A stretch of DNA of 64,000 bases, from the IMG/VR virus record IMGVR_UViG_3300008261_000001, positions 1-64,000 of that record; one strand, written 5' to 3'. The position numbers and the translations under genes are program-made. This document shows, one piece after another, positions 38,805 through 46,566 of the stretch. Every line of letters starts with the position of its first letter. The first letter of the stretch is position 1. The notes under the pieces are model-generated. The model ran no database searches and had not been told where the DNA came from. It worked only from the letters and a program-made list of their open reading frames with translations.

Positions 38805-39194
38805 ATGATGTACGCAGGTGATTTGAGTTTTGTTCTCAGCTACAAGAACTTCAACGCTCTCATTGCTCAGGGTGAGGGTCATGTGACCTTTACCAACGAG
38901 AAGGGCGAGAGGGTGAGGGTGTTCCATGCACAAGTGGAGAGGGGTGTGTATTGGGACATGGAGACGAACCACACGGTGGCTTGTCAGTCTGGGTGGATGG
39001 GGGCGATTGCCCTAGCTGACACGGATGTGGAGTTCATGGAGGCGGTCAAGGGGGGGATGGTGGACGGCTCAAGTAAACTAGAGAGGTGTCAGCTAGAGAA
39101 TGGGTACTTGAGCTTGGACGCGGTGGAGTTTGATCTCACACAGATGGCGGACGAGGAGGATCCCTTGTGGGAGACGCTAGAGCTAGATCACTAA
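38805..39194 (+). CDS. Hypothetical protein, 129 aa
   Basis: ORF with AAGGGA upstream. Confidence 0.7.
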   Translation: MMYAGDLSFVLSYKNFNALIAQGEGHVTFTNEKGERVRVFHAQVERGVYWDMETNHTVACQSGWMGAIALADTDVEFMEAVKGGMVDGSSKLERCQLENGYLSLDAVEFDLTQMADEEDPLWETLELDH

Positions 39195-39233
39195 AGGCTA
39201 GGGGGGCTAGGGCGGATAAAGTTTTCCATTTTG

Positions 39234-39262
39234 TTATCCCAAGTCCAAAGCTCGTCTATTAG
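39234..39262 (+). promoter_or_regulatory. Promoter-like cassette
   Basis: TTATCC-N17-TATTAG; near-identical inverted copy of the 38277 cassette. Confidence 0.75.
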
Positions 39263-39297
39263 GGGGGGCAACCGATAGACTAGGAGCTACAGACAGT

Positions 39298-39648
39298 ATG
39301 GACATCATCACTCTCAAGGATAACATGGACACCACCTCAGCTCTGAGCCCCATCTTCACCGCCCTCAACGCCTTCGCAGAGGCTCTGAACGCCTCAGCCA
39401 CTCCTTCCTATGACGCTAATGCCCGTTTCTTCGGCATCGACACCGAGGTGGAGGAGGGTGAGTTGGTTCACCTCCTCCCCTCGTGGGGGGATCTGACGGA
39501 GGAGGAGATTCTCACCGCCCTCAAGACCCTTCAGCTTCATGGGGTCAAGGCAACCTACACACCTACGGTGTACAAGTCCCGCCTTCGCAACGGGGAGTTG
39601 AGGAAGGTGTCTTCTCGACCTGCACAGATTACGATCCTCAAGCCCTAA
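39298..39648 (+). CDS. Small hypothetical protein, probable paralog of 49709..50026
   Basis: LKTLQLHGVKATYTPTVYK vs LKTINSFEGVGADFMPATYK. Confidence 0.7.
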   Translation: MDIITLKDNMDTTSALSPIFTALNAFAEALNASATPSYDANARFFGIDTEVEEGELVHLLPSWGDLTEEEILTALKTLQLHGVKATYTPTVYKSRLRNGELRKVSSRPAQITILKP

Positions 39649-39814
39649 GAGCTTGGCGGAGCGTTTATCGCCCCCATTGAGCCACTTTAGAGCCTAACCC
39701 TAGTGGGGGTATAGGCTAACGGAGAAAAGACGCTCTAGGGGGCATTAAAGCACGGATAGAGGTGGTTGAGTAGGCACATATCCTATAAGTGTCTTGTAAG
39801 GAGGTACAGACAGA

Positions 39815-40189
39815 ATGGATGAGCGTTCGAATAGGATAAGCACTTTGTTTGGTGACTTGGGTGTTCTTTCTACAGCGTTAGAGAAGACATTCCCTTACAG
39901 GTGCAGGGTGTGTGATGGTCGTGGGGGGGAGGTGACTTGGGTAGATTGTGAGCCTGTGGTGAAGGCGTGTACGAGTTGTTATTACAACGAGCTTGATCCT
40001 CTGAACATAAATCTCAGGATGATCTTTAAGGGTTATTTGCCGACTTATGGGTGGTGGTCTTGGATAAGTCCTACAGCAGGGTTCGACTTACTGGACGCGG
40101 AGGGTACAGATAGGGTGGATTTACTGACAGACGAGATAGACCGTCTGAGGGCGGAGTTTAATGGGCTTATCGTGATATTGGATAACTAA
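39815..40189 (+). CDS. Zn-finger protein (CxxCxGxGG...CxxC), paralog family B
   Basis: CRVCDGRGG, CTSC, LDPLNINL, ISPTAGFDLLD. Confidence 0.8.
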   Translation: MDERSNRISTLFGDLGVLSTALEKTFPYRCRVCDGRGGEVTWVDCEPVVKACTSCYYNELDPLNINLRMIFKGYLPTYGWWSWISPTAGFDLLDAEGTDRVDLLTDEIDRLRAEFNGLIVILDN

Positions 40190-40231
40190 CTCGTGATATT
40201 GGATAACTAACTCGTGATATTGGATAACTAA
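40171..40231. repeat. 21-bp tandem repeat CGTGATATTGGATAACTAACT x~3
   Basis: Exact copies at 40171, 40192 and 40213; each holds TTGGATAA. Confidence 0.95.
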
Positions 40232-40240
40232 GGAGAAAAG

Positions 40241-40654
40241 ATGAAGCACAAGTACATATCGGAGAGCTTGGTGGCGTTGGAGGGGCATCTCAACGCTCTT
40301 GTGGACGAGCATGAGGTGTTGGGGGTAACCCCCCACTCGGAAATGGACATAGGTGGTAAGACCTTTGTGGTGTTTAGGGTACACCTGGAGGGTAGGAACA
40401 CTTACGAGGGGATAGACTACAAGTCCCCTACAGAGGGTTGGCTTGTAGCTGCGGAGATCCCCTTAGAGGACAAACATCAGCTATTTATCGAGGATGTATT
40501 GTTCGACATCATCTTGAACAACGCTTGGGCTGTAGACCCTAAGGTAGCCATCTCGAACTTTATCCAATACAAGGGTAGTTCAGTTGTGGAGGTCAATCGG
40601 AGCAATGGGATCTTGAAGCTGTGGGGCGAGCTAAGGGGGAGGATCAAGCGTTAG
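40241..40654 (+). CDS. Hypothetical protein, 137 aa
   Basis: AAGGAG RBS. Confidence 0.75.
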   Translation: MKHKYISESLVALEGHLNALVDEHEVLGVTPHSEMDIGGKTFVVFRVHLEGRNTYEGIDYKSPTEGWLVAAEIPLEDKHQLFIEDVLFDIILNNAWAVDPKVAISNFIQYKGSSVVEVNRSNGILKLWGELRGRIKR

Positions 40655-40669
40655 GTTTTTTAAAAACCC

Positions 40670-40698
40670 TTATCCCAAGTTGTGTGTGGGCTTATTAG
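40670..40698 (+). promoter_or_regulatory. Promoter-like cassette
   Basis: TTATCC-N17-TATTAG. Confidence 0.75.
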
Positions 40699-40743
40699 TA
40701 GGTGGACAGCTAGAGAGACCACCCACACACAAGGATATAGCCC

Positions 40744-40935
40744 ATGACTTGGGGTAAGATCATCGACCGCATGAAGAACGACATCGACACGCTCAAGACC
40801 GCCCTCGCCTCCGCAACCGCAGAGGGTAAGGACACCACGGAGCTTGTCAGCCTTCTCAAGAAGGCGGAGAAGGATCTCAGAGAGCTTTACGAGTACGAGC
40901 TTGAGGGACCTGAGTTCGACGACCACGATCTGTAA
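40744..40935 (+). CDS. Small acidic coiled-coil protein
   Basis: Downstream of cassette; AAGGA RBS. Confidence 0.7.
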   Translation: MTWGKIIDRMKNDIDTLKTALASATAEGKDTTELVSLLKKAEKDLRELYEYELEGPEFDDHDL

Positions 40936-40942
40936 TGGATAA

Positions 40943-41776
40943 GTGGGGATAGTGGATAAGTCAATAAACAAACACTTACGAGAGGTTTTAGAGATGAAGT
41001 ATGATCTAAAGAGATTTAAGAACCTTTATGAGATGGGGGCGACACGCTCCTCCCTTGAGGCTGAGTTTAAGGTGTTGCCTATCACTATTGATAGGCGGAT
41101 ACTTGCTTTGGGGTTGAAGCCCCGTGGGGTTGATTTTCTCAAGGGCAGGGTGGGGCGGTTAAAGGAGCTTTTAGGGGCTGGGTATCACCTACAGACCATC
41201 TCTAAGGAGTTGATGGTGCCTTTGTCTTCTCTAACCTTCTTCATGAAGGAAGAGGGGTTAGAGAAGACAAAGAGGGTCACAGAGGCTCGTAGGGCTAGGG
41301 TAGCCCAAGCGGTGGAGTTGAGGGGGAAGAATATGACCTTGAGGGATATTGGGTCAGTTATGGGTATGACGATGGAGGGGGTTCGTCTGTTATTGCTCGA
41401 TGGTGGTATGAGCGGACGGATAGGTTGTCATAAGGAGGGAGTGAGGAAGAAGAGGGAGCAGTTTATTAAGAGGTATAAAATGGATTTGTGGGAGGGTTTG
41501 GCTTATGGAAAGACGCTCACGCAGATAGCGAAGGAGCTTGGTCTTTCGCGGAGTCAGATCACTAAGCTCTCAAAAGAGGTGGGTGGTTCTGAGATGATGG
41601 ATATAGCGAAGGAGTTGAAGTTTGAGTATCTCAGTAAGCTCTATCAAGAGGGATTATCGGTTCAACAGATAGCGGATATGTACGAAATGAACGCTATGGG
41701 CTTGTATGTGTTTCTAAGGCGGAGGGGTAATAAGTTTAGGAAAGCTGGTGGGCGTAGGGGGAAGCGGACTCAGTAA
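40943..41776 (+). CDS. Multi-HTH DNA-binding protein with a sigma-70 region-4-like HTH
   Basis: TLRDIGSVMGMTMEGVR, TLTQIAKELGLSRSQI, SVQQIADMY, HLQTISKEL. Confidence 0.75.
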   Translation: MGIVDKSINKHLREVLEMKYDLKRFKNLYEMGATRSSLEAEFKVLPITIDRRILALGLKPRGVDFLKGRVGRLKELLGAGYHLQTISKELMVPLSSLTFFMKEEGLEKTKRVTEARRARVAQAVELRGKNMTLRDIGSVMGMTMEGVRLLLLDGGMSGRIGCHKEGVRKKREQFIKRYKMDLWEGLAYGKTLTQIAKELGLSRSQITKLSKEVGGSEMMDIAKELKFEYLSKLYQEGLSVQQIADMYEMNAMGLYVFLRRRGNKFRKAGGRRGKRTQ

Positions 41777-42081
41777 ACGGTGTCCTCGTCCTCGTCCTCG
41801 TAAATGGATAAATCAGGAGGGTTCTGTACCTCATAACGGTATGGACTCTTCTTGCTCATTTCCTCAAGTACAATCATGACCGCTTCGACATTGGTCATTT
41901 GCTTAGGTCCCATAGTGTACTCGGTGGTGGTAGATAAGCACTTAGCGATTTGATTGTAGATGTAGTCACTTCCCTCGTAGCTTGTCTGTACAGCACCGAG
42001 GGGGTAGTCCACCTCATAGGTAAAGCTCATTGTGAGCGAGAGGGGGTAGAGGGTGACATTGATGATTGTGGTGTTTGTCAT
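41770..42081 (-). CDS. Small hypothetical protein
   Basis: AAGGA before ATG 42081. Confidence 0.65.
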   Translation of the reverse strand: MTNTTIINVTLYPLSLTMSFTYEVDYPLGAVQTSYEGSDYIYNQIAKCLSTTTEYTMGPKQMTNVEAVMIVLEEMSKKSPYRYEVQNPPDLSIYEDEDEDTVY

Positions 42082-42092
42082 GGTGTTGTCCT

Positions 42093-44321
42093 TCATTTAA
42101 CGAGTCCATTACGGATATTATAGGCGAAGAGGAAGTACTCAGGGTTCTTTTTAGCAAGGGAGGCGAGTGCTTCCCTGCTTTGGAACGCCTCCATCGTGAC
42201 GGTAACGATTTCGGAAGCAGTATCTCCAGGGTAGAGCTTACCAGCATAGTTGCTTGGTGGGTTCTTCATGTCCAAAGAGTACTCTCCCGACGCACTACAA
42301 GCTCTTACCGTCTTTTTTGGATCGTTGACTTGGTTGCAGTAGAAAGCAGTACCGTAGTGTCTAATCTCTGGGCAGTAGTACTCAAGAGAGTGCATAACTT
42401 CATGTATAGCGACATCTGTACCGCAGTCGTACCCTACTTGGAGGGTTGCACTTTGATTCCTGTAGTTGTTTCGTGCGTGTGCCCGTCCTCTTTGAAGAAC
42501 CCAAATGATTTTCTTCAAGTTGAAGGACGGATACTGCTTACAGATTTGAAGTGCGAATAAGCCTGCTGTAAGGAGCTTACTGATTTTAGAGCCCTCGTTA
42601 GATTCCCAGAGTTCTCTTGCCCTATCTGTCACTTGGGGTAGCCCCCCAAAGAAAGGGTTTCTGTAAGTGTCCTCTAGGTCTTGGTCAGACTTCACCAAGT
42701 GTAGATCCACACCTAGTTTTTTGTACTCCTCGAAGATGTCTAGAGGTATTGGAAAGTCGTCTAGGGACTGCCCATCTAAGAGGGCGAGGTGGGGGTTGTT
42801 TGAGGAGGGTTTGATGTATTCTAAGCTCTTTTTATCTAGCTTTCTTTTTTCTATGGCAACCCCCCACGGCTGAGAATTATAAAACTCTAGAACCTCATCT
42901 ATGCTTTGAGGGGGTGTAAAATCGCTGTTAAACCTAAACCCTCCCTCTTTTGAGGACTTATGGAAAAGTTCAACGAAGCCCACATCCTCCAATATCTCTA
43001 TGTAGGCATCCTTTTGTCCAGGGTTTCGGTGAATGAAACTGAAGAACTCTTCATACCAACCCACAATCGTGTCTCTAGGAGGTTGGTACGCGGGCAGTCT
43101 ACCAGGCTTGTTCGGGTGGTTTCTGATTTTAAGGATAAGATCCGCATACTCTTTTAGATGAGAGTCAAAGTCCACCAACTTAAAAAATGGGACTCTATGG
43201 ATTGAGTCTCCCACGATGTAGAAGTAGTTCGCTTGCTGAATGAGTCTCATCTTTGTGGCAGGTTCTAGCCCGTCAAGGATTACCTTTTCGGCTTCCGTGA
43301 TAGGAGCCTCAGTAGTTGACTTCCCATATAAAGGACTTCCAAAGCGTATATTGAAGGGTGCGGATTGTTGATCCACGAGTGGTTTTAGTTGAGAGAACGA
43401 TTTTCTACTCCTACCAAGTTGGGTTTTAAATATGTCGATGAGATAACCATACGCCTGATAGAGTTGTTCGTTGTCCGATTGGATAACGCTCTCTTCCGTC
43501 TTGGACTCAAGCAAAGGGACGAACTTACGATACGCCTCGTTCATGATTGCGTTGTACTTTCGAGTCGCTTCTTTCTTATCCATGCCCAACAACCTTCTGC
43601 GTAGGTGGTCGTGGGTCGAATCATAACCGAACCTCGCCCCATCCATGTCTTCTTCTTTGAGGATAAGCCCTTGATACACACGAGAGGACTCGTCCACCAA
43701 GTCGCTCGGATTAACCTCTTCTACGACCACCTCCTTATCCACATCTACGATAACGGGAGGGGGTACATCTAGGGGCAAGGCTTGGGCATAACCGCCCACC
43801 TCAAACATCTTCTTAATGAGCAAGTTCGTGAGGCGATCTTCACGAATCTTTAACTCAAGATCTATGTCTATTATCTCTTCCGCGTGTCCATCTCTCCAAG
43901 ATAGGATAAATAACGAGATGGGTGCAGGATTGGATAAGTAAGTGCCACCCTTTATGGAAAAATCGGTCTTCTGCATATCGGGCTTCAGCTTGAGAAGATC
44001 CTGTAGAAATCTATCCATTTTATTGGGACTGGACTCTATTGCTTTGACTTGACCACCGACCCAACCGAGAGCTTCCACCTCATAGAAGCCACCGACCTTT
44101 TTCCATCTAGGGTCATTGGTGGGTGCTTGTACGAAATAGAAGTCGTACTCTTTTCCAATCTTGGTGCTTTTGACCCTCCACTTCTCCCACGACAGAGACA
44201 TTTCTCTAGTGAGGAAGTTTTCCAATGTGCGGGGGTTGAACACCTTAAGGCGTTTTCTACCTGCTTCTAGGAGGCGGGCGATCATGGCTTTCTTAGCGTA
44301 GGTGTGGTGCTTGTAGTTCAT
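42093..44321 (-). CDS. 742-aa protein with C-terminal zincin-like HExxH domain
   Basis: AIHEVMHSLEY...YAGKLY...SEIVTVTME. Confidence 0.65.
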   Translation of the reverse strand: MNYKHHTYAKKAMIARLLEAGRKRLKVFNPRTLENFLTREMSLSWEKWRVKSTKIGKEYDFYFVQAPTNDPRWKKVGGFYEVEALGWVGGQVKAIESSPNKMDRFLQDLLKLKPDMQKTDFSIKGGTYLSNPAPISLFILSWRDGHAEEIIDIDLELKIREDRLTNLLIKKMFEVGGYAQALPLDVPPPVIVDVDKEVVVEEVNPSDLVDESSRVYQGLILKEEDMDGARFGYDSTHDHLRRRLLGMDKKEATRKYNAIMNEAYRKFVPLLESKTEESVIQSDNEQLYQAYGYLIDIFKTQLGRSRKSFSQLKPLVDQQSAPFNIRFGSPLYGKSTTEAPITEAEKVILDGLEPATKMRLIQQANYFYIVGDSIHRVPFFKLVDFDSHLKEYADLILKIRNHPNKPGRLPAYQPPRDTIVGWYEEFFSFIHRNPGQKDAYIEILEDVGFVELFHKSSKEGGFRFNSDFTPPQSIDEVLEFYNSQPWGVAIEKRKLDKKSLEYIKPSSNNPHLALLDGQSLDDFPIPLDIFEEYKKLGVDLHLVKSDQDLEDTYRNPFFGGLPQVTDRARELWESNEGSKISKLLTAGLFALQICKQYPSFNLKKIIWVLQRGRAHARNNYRNQSATLQVGYDCGTDVAIHEVMHSLEYYCPEIRHYGTAFYCNQVNDPKKTVRACSASGEYSLDMKNPPSNYAGKLYPGDTASEIVTVTMEAFQSREALASLAKKNPEYFLFAYNIRNGLVK

Positions 44322-44324
44322 GGC

Positions 44325-44645
44325 TTATTTCCTGCTGAGGTAGAGGTTGAGGTTATCCTCAAGGACTTCTTTGAGTTCGCTTGCACTCGCTCTCACCTTG
44401 AGGGGTAACCCCTTTTGAGTTTCGGTGAAGGTGAGGACAAAGGCACCGCCTGCCCACTTAATCTCGACCTCGTTGGGGTATCCATTATTGATTGGAAAGT
44501 AGAGCTTGACGCTGTTGGTGGACTTTTCGACTCGCTTTAGCCCTGTGGTTTGAGTGACTTGTTTAAGCCCCCCCAACAAGGAAAAGACGCTGTCCATGTA
44601 GCCCCCACCGCTCGCCACTTTATTCCATAGTCGTGCGTTATCCAT
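44325..44645 (-). CDS. Small hypothetical protein
   Basis: GAGGAG RBS; coupled to the next gene. Confidence 0.7.
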   Translation of the reverse strand: MDNARLWNKVASGGGYMDSVFSLLGGLKQVTQTTGLKRVEKSTNSVKLYFPINNGYPNEVEIKWAGGAFVLTFTETQKGLPLKVRASASELKEVLEDNLNLYLSRK

Positions 44646-44752
44646 TTTAGAGTACTCCTCGTTTGTATGAGCAAGTACGGGGCACTATAAAAGCAATACA
44701 AGATGTCTAGAGTAAAAACCAAGAGCTTGTTCGTATAGCCACCAACTTGAGA

Positions 44753-44998
44753 CTAATGAGAAATAATCTGATAGCCCCGTGTTAAGTCGATTACTTTAGG
44801 CATATTGGATAACTTGGTCTTTGACTCTACCCACAAGCTGAAGAGGGTGTTCACTCGGTCTTTTAGATACTCTTTGTAGGGGGAGGGGCATCCCTCATCT
44901 TCAAGACACTCTATGTACTTCTTGGTGAGAGTATCCAATAACCGCTCGTGAGCTTGTAGATCTATCTCTAATAGCTCTATCCGAGTGAACTTATCCAT
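44753..44998 (-). CDS. Small hypothetical protein
   Basis: Co-oriented ORF. Confidence 0.6.
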   Translation of the reverse strand: MDKFTRIELLEIDLQAHERLLDTLTKKYIECLEDEGCPSPYKEYLKDRVNTLFSLWVESKTKLSNMPKVIDLTRGYQIISH

Positions 44999-45005
44999 TT
45001 AGGGA

Positions 45006-45434
45006 TTACCGCCTACGAGCTTCGAGACGAGCGATGCGGGTTTCGAGACTTCTGAGTACATCAGAGGCTGATCTTCTGCTACCCATACCGTGGGTGTTAT
45101 AGAGGCTACGCTCGTGTTCCGCATCGGATGCCCCTTCTGCCCAATCTTGATAAGAGCTAATGCTCTCGTTTAGCTCTGAGATGGCACTTGCGGATAAGGG
45201 GCTCATAGCGAGTATGTCTAATGCCTCACTGAAGTCCCCTGAGGTGAGGGCTTCGTTGAGGGACTCTAAACCACGCTGTCCAAAGACAGACCTTCTTTGT
45301 GTGGGGGACATCTCAAGCCAAATACCATGTAGTGTTGAGAAACACGCTTTCGCCTCTGCCGTGGGGCGACCACTCACCGCCGCATGGTTTAACGCTGAAC
45401 AACCAAGATAGTCTCTAGATGATAATCTTCTCAT
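45006..45434 (-). CDS. Hypothetical protein with C-terminal RSASDVLRSLETRIARLE motif
   Basis: GGAG before ATG 45434 (MRRLSS); motif shared with the N-termini of 21576 and 22022. Confidence 0.75.
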   Translation of the reverse strand: MRRLSSRDYLGCSALNHAAVSGRPTAEAKACFSTLHGIWLEMSPTQRRSVFGQRGLESLNEALTSGDFSEALDILAMSPLSASAISELNESISSYQDWAEGASDAEHERSLYNTHGMGSRRSASDVLRSLETRIARLEARRR

Positions 45435-45498
45435 GATTTCTCCATGTGTGTGTGTACTGAGCAAGAAAGAACAACACATGGGAAACCCTATAAACAAA

Positions 45499-46107
45499 CT
45501 ATTGAGGGATAACCGACCAATCCAAAATGTACTCGATGAGGGTAGTTAAGAAGTCTTTCCTATCTGCCTCGTAGTCGATGTAGTGAGCGTGTTCCCATAG
45601 GTCTATGGTCAATAACGGCACATGACCCCTCATCATGGGTGTGTTCTGATTGAGCGTTGTGTACACCCTCAAGGTGTTCGTGTGTGGGACTAAAACAAGC
45701 CACACCCAACCCGAGCCAAAATGACTCGTACCCTCTTGGATAAGTTTATCCTTTAACTGCTCGTATCCACCGAAGGTGTTGGACACCGCAGTTTGAAACC
45801 AAAGGGGCGTGTCTATGTAAGACCCAGGGCTTGGGGACAAACACCTCCAATAGAAGTCGTGATTCCACACCCCTCCCCCAAAGTCTATCACCGACTGCTT
45901 TAACTCCAAAGGTATCCAATGTGGATTGGATAACACCTCATAGAGACCACCTAGACGGTCGAGGAGTGTGGGGTCTCCCTTTAGGGCTTTGTTGAGCTTG
46001 TCTACATACCCTTTATGGTGAGTCCCATGATGGAGTCTCATAGCTTTCTCAGATAGTACAGGCTCTAGGGCATCGTATGCGTAGGGCAAGGGCTTCAGCT
46101 TAATCAT
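45499..46107 (-). CDS. sod: Fe/Mn superoxide dismutase
   Basis: LPYAYDALEP, HHGTHHKGY, NHDFYW, FGSGWVWL, DLWEHAHY with all four metal ligands. Confidence 0.97.
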   Translation of the reverse strand: MIKLKPLPYAYDALEPVLSEKAMRLHHGTHHKGYVDKLNKALKGDPTLLDRLGGLYEVLSNPHWIPLELKQSVIDFGGGVWNHDFYWRCLSPSPGSYIDTPLWFQTAVSNTFGGYEQLKDKLIQEGTSHFGSGWVWLVLVPHTNTLRVYTTLNQNTPMMRGHVPLLTIDLWEHAHYIDYEADRKDFLTTLIEYILDWSVIPQ

Positions 46108-46117
46108 GGGCTTCTTC

Positions 46118-46327
46118 TTACTCTTGGGAGTTATCCAATAAGACAGACAGCCTATAAGAGATTAAACGACACTCCGCATCTATGTCCTCCAGTCGTTTCT
46201 CTAACGCCTCACGCTCCTCGTGATGCCTACCCAACATCTGCTCGATCTTTATCCAATCCTTCAGGAGAGATTCCCTCAGACGGAACAAAGCTGAGTGTTT
46301 AATCCTTAGCTGCTCTAAGTTATCCAT
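46118..46327 (-). CDS. Small coiled-coil protein
   Basis: Co-oriented ORF. Confidence 0.6.
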   Translation of the reverse strand: MDNLEQLRIKHSALFRLRESLLKDWIKIEQMLGRHHEEREALEKRLEDIDAECRLISYRLSVLLDNSQE

Positions 46328-46383
46328 TTTTTATAAGCCCATATAAACAAGAGGGGTTGTGTAGGATACGACCTACACAACCC

Positions 46384-46566
46384 CTACTTTTGATTAAAGA
46401 TTTTCAAGAGTGTCGAGAGGGTTTGCTCTTGTGGGAGGAGGATACGCTTACCATCTTCGAACACCAATAAGATCAAGGACTCAGACCGCTTTATTTCCCT
46501 TATGTGGGGGAGTTTGCTTCTAAGTCTGTTATCCGAGACCACTTTTAGGGGTAGTTCATCCAACAT
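46384..46566 (-). CDS. Small hypothetical protein (60 aa)
   Basis: ATG 46566 overlaps the stop of the upstream gene. Confidence 0.5.
   Translation of the reverse strand: MLDELPLKVVSDNRLRSKLPHIREIKRSESLILLVFEDGKRILLPQEQTLSTLLKIFNQK

Noticed and set aside
40171-40231. Possible mini-CRISPR array (also considered for 5288, 37600, 48001, 50969)
   Set aside because: Repeats are head-to-tail with no unique spacers and no cas genes
42066-42560. 164-aa plus-strand ORF, and similar antisense ORFs at 46991..47644, 49139..49594, 57598..58038, 58926..59399
   Set aside because: Fully overlap better-supported genes on the opposite strand
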